Shown here one piece after another: positions 8,733-17,184 of a DNA stretch of 64,000 nt. Each line of letters starts with the position of its first letter. Within the stretch, counting starts at the first letter, position 1. Under the pieces are notes generated by a model. It did no database searches, had not been told where the DNA came from, and saw only the letters and a list, made by a program, of their open reading frames with translations. Where the stretch lies: assembly GCA_934133175.1 (NCBI GenBank), contig CAKPAX010000005.1, positions 4,450 through 68,449 of the forward strand, read 5' to 3'. Position numbers and translations under genes: made by a program. The stretch is from an uncultured Clostridia bacterium (lineage in GTDB: Bacteria; Bacillota; Clostridia; TANB77; CAG-508).

Positions 8733-10556
8733 ATGAATAACAAAAATATTAGAAATATAGCAATAATTGCACACGTTGACCACGGAAAAACAACTTTAGT
8801 TGATGCCATGTTAAGACAAAGTCATATATTTAGAGAAAATGAACAAGTACAAGAAAGAGTTATGGACTCAAATGATCAAGAAAAAGAAAGAGGAATAACA
8901 ATACTTTCTAAAAATACTTCAGTAATGCATGGAGATGTAAAAATAAATATAGTTGATACTCCAGGACATGCTGATTTTGGTGGAGAAGTAGAAAGAGTTT
9001 TAAAAACAGTTGATGGTGTTTTACTATTAGTTGATGCTTTTGAAGGTGCAATGCCTCAAACAAGAGAAGTTTTAAAAAAATCTTTAGCACTTAATTTAAA
9101 ACCAATAGTTGTAATAAACAAAATAGACAGACCAGGAGCTGAACCATTAAAAGTTGTTGATCAAATAATAGAATTATTTATAGAATTAGATGCATCAGAT
9201 GACCAATTAGATTTTCCAGTTGTATTTGCATCAGCAAAAAACGGAATTGCAAAAATGGATTTGGCAGATGAAACAACAGATTTAAGTTGTTTATTTGATA
9301 CAATTATAAATACAATAAAAGCACCAGATTGTGATGAAGATGGACCAGCACAAATGTTAGTTTCAAATATCGATTATGATGATTACGTTGGAAGAATAGC
9401 AGTTGGTAGAGTAGAACGTGGTGTTATGAAAGTTGGAATGCCTGTTTCAATATGTGGTAAAGACGATCAAATTACACAAGGAAGAATAGCAAAAGTTTAT
9501 ACACATGTTGGATTAAATAAAGTAGAAGTAGAAGAAGGAAAAGCAGGAGATATAATTGAGATTGCAGGTTTAGCAGGTATAAATATTGGTGATACAATAT
9601 GTGATTTTAATAATCCAGAAAAAATACCATTTGTAGATATAGATGAACCAACAGTTTCTATGACATTTAGTGTAAATAATGGACCATTTGCTGGAAAAGA
9701 AGGACAATTTATAACATCAAGACATATAAGAGATAGATTATTTAAAGAATTAGAAAGAAATGTAAGTTTAAGAGTAAAAGAAACAGAATCACCAGATTCT
9801 TTTGAAGTATCAGGAAGAGGAGAATTACATTTATCAGTTCTTATAGAAACAATGAGAAGAGAAGGATTTGAACTTTTAGTATCTCGTCCAAAAGTTATAT
9901 ATAAAGAAATTGATGGTGTAAAATGTGAACCAATCGAAAGACTAGTTGTAAATGTTCCTGATGATTGTGTTGGAAATGTTATTGAAAAATTAGGAAAAAG
10001 AAAAGCTGAAATGGTAAATATGGAACCAGCTGAAGCTGGACATACAAAAATAGAATTTAAAATACCAGCTAGAGGATTAATTGGATATAGAACAGAATTC
10101 TTAACAGATACAAAAGGTGAAGGTGTTATGAACCATATATTTGATTCATATGAACCATTTAAAGGAGAAGTTGTTGCTCGTGTTAGAGGAACAATAGTAG
10201 CATTTGAAGCTGGAAAATCTGTAACATATGGATTATACAATGCACAAGATAAAGGTGACTTATTCATAGGACCTGGTGTAGATGTATATGAAGGTATGAT
10301 AGTTGGTCTAAACTCAAGAGGAGAAGATTTATCTATAAATGTATGTAAAGAAAAACATTTAACAAATACAAGAGCATCTGGATCAGATGAAGCATTAAGA
10401 TTAGTTCCACCTATCCAAATGTCATTAGAAAAAGCTATAGAATTTATTCAAGATGATGAACTAGTTGAAGTAACTCCAAAATCAATAAGATTAAGAAAGA
10501 AAATATTAGACAGTAAAGAAAGAGAAAGAGTTGCAAGAAGTATGAATAAACAATAA
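8733..10556 (+). CDS. typA: translational GTPase TypA/BipA
   Basis: 607 aa with G1 motif AHVDHGKTT and G3 motif [14 protein letters not shown]; a full-length BipA-type layout. Confidence 0.95.
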   Translation: MNNKNIRNIAIIAHVDHGKTTLVDAMLRQSHIFRENEQVQERVMDSNDQEKERGITILSKNTSVMHGDVKINIVDTPGHADFGGEVERVLKTVDGVLLLVDAFEGAMPQTREVLKKSLALNLKPIVVINKIDRPGAEPLKVVDQIIELFIELDASDDQLDFPVVFASAKNGIAKMDLADETTDLSCLFDTIINTIKAPDCDEDGPAQMLVSNIDYDDYVGRIAVGRVERGVMKVGMPVSICGKDDQITQGRIAKVYTHVGLNKVEVEEGKAGDIIEIAGLAGINIGDTICDFNNPEKIPFVDIDEPTVSMTFSVNNGPFAGKEGQFITSRHIRDRLFKELERNVSLRVKETESPDSFEVSGRGELHLSVLIETMRREGFELLVSRPKVIYKEIDGVKCEPIERLVVNVPDDCVGNVIEKLGKRKAEMVNMEPAEAGHTKIEFKIPARGLIGYRTEFLTDTKGEGVMNHIFDSYEPFKGEVVARVRGTIVAFEAGKSVTYGLYNAQDKGDLFIGPGVDVYEGMIVGLNSRGEDLSINVCKEKHLTNTRASGSDEALRLVPPIQMSLEKAIEFIQDDELVEVTPKSIRLRKKILDSKERERVARSMNKQ

Positions 10557-10563
10557 AAATAAA

Positions 10564-10590
10564 GGGTGGCTTTTAGTCACCTTTTTATTG
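10564..10590 (+). terminator. terminator after typA
   Basis: A GGTGGCT-ttt-AGTCACC stem is followed by TTTTTATT. Confidence 0.55.
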
Positions 10591-10604
10591 TATGTGAGGT
10601 ATAT

Positions 10605-11192
10605 ATGAATAAAGAAGAATTAAATAAAATAAAACAAAAAGCATTAGAAGAACATATTCCTATAATTATGGATGATACATTAGAAGTTATAGCAAAATAT
10701 TTAACTAAAATTAAACCTGAAAAAATTTTAGAAATAGGTACAGCTGTTGGATATTCTGCAATGTGTTTTTCAGAATATTTATCAGAAAGTGGAAAAATTG
10801 ATACAATAGAAAGAGATACAGACAGAATTATAGAGGCAAAAGAAAATATAAAAAAGGTTGGAGTAGAAGAAAAAATAAATATCTATGAAGGTGATGCAGT
10901 AGAAATATTACCAACTTTAGATGATAAATATGATGTTGTATTTATAGATGCTGCAAAAGGAAAATATCCGTTTTTCTTAAAAGAATCAATTAGAATGATA
11001 AAACAAAATGGAATTATATTTGCTGATAATATTTTGTATAAAGGATATGTAATGAGTGATTATAACAAGCATAAACAACGTACAGCTGTGAGAAATTTAA
11101 GAGAATATATAAAAGAAGTAACAGAAAATCCTAATATAGAAACAGAAATATTAGAAGTAGGAGATGGATTAGCAATAAGTATAGTTAAATAA
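10605..11192 (+). CDS. class I SAM-dependent O-methyltransferase, YrrM/TrmR-like
   Basis: Family-3 O-methyltransferase features LEIGTAVGYSA and VFIDAAKGKYP. The start is moved to the ATG at 10605, which follows a gaggt RBS. Confidence 0.75.
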   Translation: MNKEELNKIKQKALEEHIPIIMDDTLEVIAKYLTKIKPEKILEIGTAVGYSAMCFSEYLSESGKIDTIERDTDRIIEAKENIKKVGVEEKINIYEGDAVEILPTLDDKYDVVFIDAAKGKYPFFLKESIRMIKQNGIIFADNILYKGYVMSDYNKHKQRTAVRNLREYIKEVTENPNIETEILEVGDGLAISIVK

Positions 11193-11284
11193 ATTGTTAC
11201 AAAAACATTATAATATAAAAATATAAAAAGAAACAAGTGCAAAAAATAATTTGCACTTGCTCTTTTTTGTGTACCGAAAAATTA

Positions 11285-12136
11285 CTAGTATGTTTTTTGT
11301 CGCTGAAGAACCAATAATGCATTTTCTATACCCACCATATCATAAACAATTCCATCCTGTGTAATTGTATATCCTGGAATATGAATTTTGGTCTTATCAA
11401 TATCAAGTTTTTCATATTCGCGCTGTTTATAGTCTTCATGTCTTGCTTCACCAGATTCTGCATGTGTATGCATAGAGAATGTTCGAATCTGAATTTCGAA
11501 ACAAAGACCAGATGCGAGTCTAAAAACAGCATGAAGAGATTGATATCCATTTTCTTTTGGTTTTAGGATATAATCTTTTACACCAACCTGAAATTCCTTT
11601 GGAATACCAGACATTTTTGGAATATAAAGTTTATGAATTGCGTTGTCAAAGCCTTTTGTTTCCTCAACAGGATTAGCTTCACATAACATGAAACCGTTAG
11701 CAATACCATATTCTATGATTTTTGTCATAATTGCATAGCATTGCTCAACAGCCTTTTTCTGGCTCTGATTATCAAAAATTATAAGCCTAAAAGCTAATAA
11801 GTCTCTAAGAGTATCTAATGACTTATTGTTTTTTATTTGCTTAATAATCTTCTTTTCAGTGCTTAGAAGAGACTTACGTCTACCTTCAAGATGAAATCTG
11901 GTTTCGGGAAACTCTTTATCAATTAATCTATAGATACTGTTAAAGTGTCTCCGCAAAGTAGCAAGAAACTTTTTATCCATAACAACATTCTTATATTGAT
12001 TGATAAAAGTTGCATGTTGCATATCAAGCAAATCTCCTGTTTTTCTCAAAGCATCTTCATAGAGACTTAAGACTTCAGGTACACTATGTCCTTTATAAAG
12101 GGCATCTGTTAATGTAGGTTTCTTTTCTTCACTCAT
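11285..12136 (-). CDS. RelA/SpoT-domain nucleotide pyrophosphokinase (stand-alone small alarmone synthetase-like)
   Basis: 283 aa carrying the SYNTH-domain motif series GRRKS, RDLLAFRLII, NGYQSLHAVF, FEIQIRT and MHTHAESGEARHEDYK. There are no hydrolase, TGS or ACT domains. aaaaggag RBS. Confidence 0.8.
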   Translation of the reverse strand: MSEEKKPTLTDALYKGHSVPEVLSLYEDALRKTGDLLDMQHATFINQYKNVVMDKKFLATLRRHFNSIYRLIDKEFPETRFHLEGRRKSLLSTEKKIIKQIKNNKSLDTLRDLLAFRLIIFDNQSQKKAVEQCYAIMTKIIEYGIANGFMLCEANPVEETKGFDNAIHKLYIPKMSGIPKEFQVGVKDYILKPKENGYQSLHAVFRLASGLCFEIQIRTFSMHTHAESGEARHEDYKQREYEKLDIDKTKIHIPGYTITQDGIVYDMVGIENALLVLQRQKTY

Positions 12137-12193
12137 TTTTTTTCTCCTTTTGTCTAATAATAAAAAAACCTTAACTACATGTTACATAATATA

Positions 12194-12222
12194 ATTATAC
12201 CATTTTTTTGTAAAATGGTCAA
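12194..12222 (-). promoter_or_regulatory. consensus sigma-A promoter of the SAS gene with an embedded palindrome
   Basis: Minus strand reads TTGACC-17 nt-TATAAT with a TGn extension (tggTATAAT). The spacer holds an 8-bp inverted repeat, ACCATTTT-n5-AAAATGGT (12199-12219). Confidence 0.6.
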
Positions 12223-12293
12223 TTTTTTGTATATAATGGAATAAGTTTATGTCATAAGAAAAAATTTTATAAAAAAATAAACCTCTTAGAGGC

Positions 12294-12848
12294 TTATAAC
12301 AAATATCTAATAGTTGAAAATGCAGTATCAATTAAATAAATAGATGTTAATAAATATATTATAAAAACTTGAACGTAATAAGGAATATATTTTAAGATTT
12401 TATTTGTATATTTTTCAATGAAAGGATTAATATGGTTTACAAATAAAATAGCAAAAATTCCCCACACAAAAGAATAGAATATACTAATTCTACCATTCAA
12501 ATTAAAAAAGTCATTTGTATAATCCCACCATTTTGTTGCAAATAAAGCATCTAGTGCAAAACCTGCTACATATTCAAAAGTAGAAAATACTATAATTGAA
12601 TAAATAAAAAGCTTAAAAGAATTATTCTTATATTTATCCATAAAAACTAAAAGTATTACAGCTCCATATCCATATATTGGACAAAATGGTCCATACAGAA
12701 ATCCTCGTTTTACAAAGTATCCAAAATTATATATAGCATAACAAGTTTCTAAAACCCAACCTATAGTTCCATAAATTATAAATAGCAATAATAAATAGCT
12801 AAATGTATTAAGCTTTTTCTTGTTGTTGGTTATTACAAGTTCTTTCAT
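12294..12848 (-). CDS. small polytopic membrane protein (putative ABC-transporter type IV / DUF1113-like)
   Basis: About 184 aa. The YGTIGWVLETCY and GPFCPIYGYG motifs recall the CmpB/DUF1113 family. The ATG at 12848 follows a ggggga RBS; a TTG at 12860 is the alternative start. Confidence 0.55.
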   Translation of the reverse strand: MKELVITNNKKKLNTFSYLLLLFIIYGTIGWVLETCYAIYNFGYFVKRGFLYGPFCPIYGYGAVILLVFMDKYKNNSFKLFIYSIIVFSTFEYVAGFALDALFATKWWDYTNDFFNLNGRISIFYSFVWGIFAILFVNHINPFIEKYTNKILKYIPYYVQVFIIYLLTSIYLIDTAFSTIRYLL

Positions 12849-12982
12849 AACATCCCCCAAATTATTGTAATTAAGTTAATACTATCAAAAAAAATCTAAA
12901 AAGTAAATAATAATTGTAAATAATATAAATTTATGCTATTATTAATAATATAGTTAAATTAATTATAGGATGGAGAGTAAAA

Positions 12983-14212
12983 ATGAAAGAAGTAGAATTA
13001 TTAGCACCAGCAGGAAGTTTTGAAAAAGCAAAAATAGCATATTTATATGGAGCAGATGCGGTTTATTGTGGTACATCATCATTGTCATTAAGAACAAGAG
13101 CAGATATGCAAGATGATGATTTAGAAAAGACAATAAAGTATGCACATGAAATAAATAAAAAAATATATGTTACATTAAATATATTTGCATGGGATGAAAA
13201 ATATGAAGAAATAATAGAAATGGCCAAAAAATTGGAAGAATTAAAACCAGATGGAATAATTGCAGCAGATGGTGGAGTTATAGAAGTATTAAAACAATAT
13301 GCCCCAAGTGTTCCAATAAATGTTAGTACTCAAGCTAATATAGTTAGTTTACATGACTGTAATTTTTGGTACAAAAATGGCGGAAAAAGAATGATAATGG
13401 CAAGAGAAATGAATAAAGAACAACTAAAATATATAATGGAAAATAAACCAAAAGATATGGAAGTAGAAATATTTATTCATGGAGCAATATGTTTTGCATT
13501 TTCAGGTAGATGTTTCTTAAGTGATTTTCTAGCTTGTAGAAGTGCAAATTTAGGAGATTGTGCACAAAGTTGTAGATGGTCATATAATTTGTATGCAGAA
13601 GAAACAAATAATCCTGGAAATTTAATGCCAATAGAAACTAATGAATATGGTACAAGTATATTTTCATCAAAAGATTTATGTTTAATAAAAGAAATACCAG
13701 AAATAATTGAAATGGGTGTAGATAGTTTAAAAATAGAAGGAAGATTAAAAACAGAATATTATGTTGCAAGTATAGTAAACGCATATAGAAATGCAATAGA
13801 TGATTATAAAAAAGATCCAGAGCATTATGATTATACAAAATATTTAAAAGAAATAGAAAAAGTAAAAACAAGAGGACTTACAACATTTTATTTTAATGAT
13901 AGAAAGAATAAAGATATACAAGAATATAGTGGAAAACAATATAATGAAAAATATGAATTTGGTGGTAAAATATTAAAGTATGATAAAGAAAAATCAATAA
14001 TTGAAATAAGAAATAGATTACAAGTTGGAGATGAATTAGAATTATTAGTTCCATATCAAATAGAACCAGTTAAATTTAAAATAGAAAAATTATGGGATTC
14101 TGAAACAGATGAAGAAATAAATGCTGTAAATCCAGGAAAACAAGGTCAAACAGTAAAGATGAATATACCAATAAAGGCACAAGATAATTGGATAATAAGA
14201 AGAAAAAAGTAA
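12983..14212 (+). CDS. peptidase U32 family protein (YrrO/TrhP-like, tRNA 5-hydroxyuridine pathway type)
   Basis: 409 aa. The N-terminus MKEVELLAPAGSFEKAKIAYLYGADAVYCG and an EIFIHGAICFAFSGRC region are typical of U32 collagenase-like proteins. Confidence 0.85.
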   Translation: MKEVELLAPAGSFEKAKIAYLYGADAVYCGTSSLSLRTRADMQDDDLEKTIKYAHEINKKIYVTLNIFAWDEKYEEIIEMAKKLEELKPDGIIAADGGVIEVLKQYAPSVPINVSTQANIVSLHDCNFWYKNGGKRMIMAREMNKEQLKYIMENKPKDMEVEIFIHGAICFAFSGRCFLSDFLACRSANLGDCAQSCRWSYNLYAEETNNPGNLMPIETNEYGTSIFSSKDLCLIKEIPEIIEMGVDSLKIEGRLKTEYYVASIVNAYRNAIDDYKKDPEHYDYTKYLKEIEKVKTRGLTTFYFNDRKNKDIQEYSGKQYNEKYEFGGKILKYDKEKSIIEIRNRLQVGDELELLVPYQIEPVKFKIEKLWDSETDEEINAVNPGKQGQTVKMNIPIKAQDNWIIRRKK

Positions 14213-14296
14213 ACATAACTTTACATACTAAAAACAAAGTGGTATAATATATTTTGTAACTTTTAGGTCGCGTTTTTTATAAAAAGGAGCGAAAAA

Positions 14297-14461
14297 TATG
14301 TCCAATAGCAAAAAGAGAAGAGCATTACAACAGAAACAAAGAGCGGCTAAGCAACAAAAAAAGCAGCAAAAAGCCAAACGGCAGGAGCATGATCCGGCTA
14401 AGTGGGAAGCTAAAAAAGCTGCTAAAGCTCAAGCGAGATACGAGCAAGACGGACAATGGTA
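14297..14461 (+). CDS. 54-aa highly basic Lys/Gln/Ala-rich small protein (not in the ORF track)
   Basis: An aaaaggagcg RBS lies 6 nt before the ATG. Upstream is a TTACAT-16-TATAAT promoter and downstream a strong terminator. Translation: MSNSKKRRALQQKQRAAKQQKKQQKAKRQEHDPAKWEAKKAAKAQARYEQDGQW. The segment is visibly richer in G/C than its surroundings. Confidence 0.55.
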
Positions 14462-14493
14462 AAAGTATATTATATACTTTTATAAAAAATTAG

Positions 14494-14527
14494 AAAGAGT
14501 TAATATTTTTATATTAACTCTTTTTTA
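14494..14527 (+). terminator. terminator after the small basic ORF
   Basis: An AAGAGTTAATAT / ATATTAACTCTT stem is followed by a T run. Confidence 0.7.
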
Positions 14528-14577
14528 TATAATAAAAAATTTTTACAAAAACTATATATAAAGATTATTGTATAATT

Positions 14578-15366
14578 TTAATTTATTAAATTAATTATAA
14601 AAAAACCAATACTTATACAAAAAATGCAAATAATATTATCAATTCCACCAGTAAGATGGGGAAACAATATAAATATAGAACCTAATGTAAAACCAACGAT
14701 TAAATAAAATGTTTGTGCATAAAATTTATCAAATAAGATTTTTACTAATTTCATACAAATAAATGAACCAATAACTAAGCCAATTCCAAGTGGAATTAAT
14801 ATAGGAAAATATAATGTTGAAATAGAATATAAATATGTTGAGTAAACTCCCATAAGCATTAAAATTATTGTACTACTAATTCCCGGTATAACAACTCCAA
14901 TAGACATTAATATTCCACACAAAATAAGATAAAAGAAACTATATTCAGAATAAGAATTAATTGATAACTTATTTTCTAAATATATTAAAAATATGCCTAT
15001 TCCAAATGAAATAAGTAAATACAAAATATAACTAAGTTTAAATTTATATTTTGAATTAACACTTTTTAAAAGGGAAGGAATTGAACCTAAAATTAAACCA
15101 ATAAAAATTGATTTTATTTGAATAGGATATGAATAAAATAAGTAATTCAAAATATTACTAAATAATATAATCCCTGAACCAATTCCTAGTATTATAGGTA
15201 AAAGAAATTTAAAATTTTCTTTTATATTTTTAAAAAAATTTAATATACTATCTAACAATTTTTCATATATACCAAAAATAACACAAAGTACACCACTGCT
15301 AATTCCAGGTAAAATAGCACCAGAGCCAATAGCTAACCCTTTAAAATAATCTTTTATAAATTGCAT
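14578..15366 (-). CDS. DUF368 family membrane protein (PopT-type polyprenyl-phosphate transporter family)
   Basis: 262 aa from MQFIKDYFKGLAIGSGAILPGISSG, with a second PGISSTIIL half-repeat typical of DUF368. The ATG at 15366 follows an aggtga RBS. The 135 codons upstream in the ORF track overlap sigK and are rejected. Confidence 0.75.
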   Translation of the reverse strand: MQFIKDYFKGLAIGSGAILPGISSGVLCVIFGIYEKLLDSILNFFKNIKENFKFLLPIILGIGSGIILFSNILNYLFYSYPIQIKSIFIGLILGSIPSLLKSVNSKYKFKLSYILYLLISFGIGIFLIYLENKLSINSYSEYSFFYLILCGILMSIGVVIPGISSTIILMLMGVYSTYLYSISTLYFPILIPLGIGLVIGSFICMKLVKILFDKFYAQTFYLIVGFTLGSIFILFPHLTGGIDNIICIFCISIGFFIINLIN

Positions 15367-15466
15367 AAAATCACCTATATAAAATGTATTCATAATATAC
15401 AAAAATATTAATATAAAAATAGGTATGTACTTTTTTGTAGGGTCATGCACTTTTGTTTTTTCTACA

Positions 15467-15474
15467 CATATAAT
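15467..15474 (+). promoter_or_regulatory. possible mother-cell type -10 element (CATATAAT) upstream of sigK
   Basis: CATATAAT resembles the sigma-E/sigma-K -10 consensus (CATAcaaT / CATAnnnTA) and sits about 30 nt upstream of the sigK RBS. No convincing -35 was identified. Confidence 0.25.
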
Positions 15475-15502
15475 TTTGTATAGAGAAAATGGAGGTGCAT
15501 TT

Positions 15503-15592
15503 ATGTTGTCATTATGTATGACTGGAATTATAGGCTTTCTAGAATTTTTAAAGACTGCAGTATTTGTTGTTGGATATATTTCACGGAAGTAA
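15503..15592 (+). other. sigK: pro-sigma-K leader fragment, out of frame with the sigK body
   Basis: A strong ggaggtg RBS lies 5 nt before the ATG. It encodes MLSLCMTGIIGFLEFLKTAVFVVGYISRK-stop, which resembles the hydrophobic pro-sequence of clostridial pro-sigma-K. It ends at TAA 15590-15592, in a frame offset by one base from the sigma body. Confidence 0.6.
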
Positions 15593-16211
15593 TTTATTTC
15601 CAGAACCTTTAAGTTCAGAAGAAGAAAAGAAATATTTAGAAAAGTTAAAAGAAGGAGATGAAGATGCACGAAATATTTTAATAGAGCGAAATTTAAGATT
15701 GGTTGCACATGTATGTAAAAAATATGCAAATACCAATGTAGAACAAGATGATTTAATATCAATAGGTACAATAGGACTGATTAAAGGAATAAATAGCTTT
15801 AATATAGAAAAAGGAGCAAGACTTTCTACATATGTTTCAAGATGTATAGATAATGAAATTTTAATGCACTTAAGATCAATAAAAAAATTAAATGCTGAAG
15901 TATATTTAAATGAACCAATAGGAAAAGATAAAGATGATAATGTTGTTACATTACAAGAAGTATTAGAAAATGACGAAAGAAGTATTGAAGATGAAGTTGA
16001 TTTAAAAGTTAAAATTAAAAATTTATATGGAAAAATGAAAGAAGTTCTAAAAGATAGAGAAAAAACAATTATAGAGTTAAGATTTGGCTTAGATGGGTAT
16101 AAACCAAAGACGCAAAATGAAATTGCAGATATGATGGGAATTTCTAGATCTTATGTTTCTAGAATAGAAACAAAAGCAATTGGAAAGTTAAGTAAAGAAA
16201 TAGAAGAATAA
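15564..16211 (+). CDS. sigK: sporulation sigma factor SigK (body); frame disrupted relative to its pro-sequence
   Basis: GSNLFPEPLSSEEEKKYLEKLKEGDEDARNILIERNLRLVAHVCKKY... closely matches SigK (FPQPLS, NLRLVAH, DLISIGTIGLIKGI, ISRSYVSRIE). The only in-frame start is a TTG at 15564 with no RBS. Confidence 0.85.
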   Translation: MLLDIFHGSNLFPEPLSSEEEKKYLEKLKEGDEDARNILIERNLRLVAHVCKKYANTNVEQDDLISIGTIGLIKGINSFNIEKGARLSTYVSRCIDNEILMHLRSIKKLNAEVYLNEPIGKDKDDNVVTLQEVLENDERSIEDEVDLKVKIKNLYGKMKEVLKDREKTIIELRFGLDGYKPKTQNEIADMMGISRSYVSRIETKAIGKLSKEIEE

Positions 16212-16216
16212 AGAAA

Positions 16217-16261
16217 AAGAAAATAAAGAGAACTACATATAATTCACTTTATTTTCTTTTT
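16217..16261. terminator. bidirectional terminator between sigK and the convergent gene
   Basis: An AGAAAATAAAG / CTTTATTTTCT stem is flanked by A and T runs. Confidence 0.6.
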
Positions 16262-16276
16262 CCTATTAATAAAACA

Positions 16277-16711
16277 TTATAGAAATGTTTTTAATTTTTC
16301 AATGCTATCTTCTTGCATTGTTACAAAATCATCAAGAATTTTTTCAACATCAGGAGCAAGTTGTTTGTTTTGGTTAAGCAATCTACGCCCTTCAATAATT
16401 CCCATATTAGTTCCATTCATTAATAGTTCGGAAATATTAGAATTACTTTTGTCAGACATTGTTTTCATTTCAACACCATACCATGTCATCATTTTGTTCA
16501 TAGTATTGGTTTCATGTGGTTCTTTATCACTATAATTAGAATATAAATTATTAACTCTTCTTGATATATCTTTGTATTTATTATATTCTAAATCTAAAGT
16601 TTTTTTAAATTCTGAATCTTTAACTTTATCTAAAACAAAATTGATTGCATCCATTCCCATTGTTGCACCTTTATTAACTTCATCAAGCACATTTAAATTA
16701 TTGTTTTCCAT
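16277..16711 (-). CDS. small helical protein, tentatively DUF2383 / ferritin-like four-helix-bundle type
   Basis: 144 aa with an aaggagg RBS. The NKGATMGMDAINFVLDKV pattern recalls clostridial DUF2383 proteins; the family call is from memory only. Confidence 0.45.
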   Translation of the reverse strand: MENNNLNVLDEVNKGATMGMDAINFVLDKVKDSEFKKTLDLEYNKYKDISRRVNNLYSNYSDKEPHETNTMNKMMTWYGVEMKTMSDKSNSNISELLMNGTNMGIIEGRRLLNQNKQLAPDVEKILDDFVTMQEDSIEKLKTFL

Positions 16712-16793
16712 AAAAAAATCCTCCTTAAAATTATTATTAACAATTTAAAAAAAATTATGAAAAAAACAAATCCTACTTTGTGAGACTTTTTTA

Positions 16794-16936
16794 TATTATA
16801 GGAAAGTTCTTCGAACTTCCTATAATATAAATATATTGCACAGAAATTTGCTTTGCAAATTTCACGCACGAACAAAGACGCGGACTTCAAAATGTTTTAA
16901 TAAGTACAAAAGTTATTAATGTCCGCTTTTGTTCTA
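16794..16936. repeat. 143-nt structured repeat element, copy 2
   Basis: 142 of 143 nt identical to 2625-2767, in the same orientation. It lies in an intergenic region 83 nt upstream of the minus-strand gene that starts at 16711. Confidence 0.9.
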
Positions 16937-17184
16937 TTATAGTTAAATGCTTAATAAATTATAAAGATTTGTTGGTACAAAAAAATGTGTTATTTTTTTA
17001 ACACACTATTTATATTTTAACATAAAAATAATATAGATACAAATTTTAAAAAAATTAAATAAAAAGAGAATAATATATGAATTAAATAGATAAAATAATA
17101 AAAGAAAACAAAAAAATAAAATTTTAAAGAAAAAAATAGTTGTATTTCTAATTTATATGTGTTAATATATAGTTACAAAATAAA

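Noticed and set aside
9497-10267. 256-aa minus-strand ORF inside typA
   Set aside because: It is antisense to a confidently identified gene. The product is low-complexity (Ser/Phe/Ile/Pro-rich), there is no RBS, and long shadow ORFs of this kind are typical opposite AT-rich, GAA/AAA-rich coding strands.
11193-12293. Two-gene toxin-antitoxin reading of the SAS locus
   Set aside because: The flanks contain only terminator hairpins and a promoter. No ORF of antitoxin size with an RBS occurs on either side, so only a stand-alone or fused arrangement can be proposed.
15575-15595. Programmed ribosomal frameshift joining the sigK pro-sequence to the body
   Set aside because: The junction (ATT TCA CGG AAG TAA) has no slippery heptamer, no re-pairing option for a +1 shift, and no obvious downstream stimulator. 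Pseudogene or sequencing error are simpler explanations. A rare CGG codon followed closely by a stop is the only weak point in favour.
15367-15771. 135-codon N-terminal extension of the DUF368 ORF (14578-15771 in the track)
   Set aside because: It has no RBS at 15771, and the extension overlaps the sigK RBS, pro-sequence and body on the other strand. DUF368 homology begins at MQFIKDYFKG, which has an aggtga RBS.
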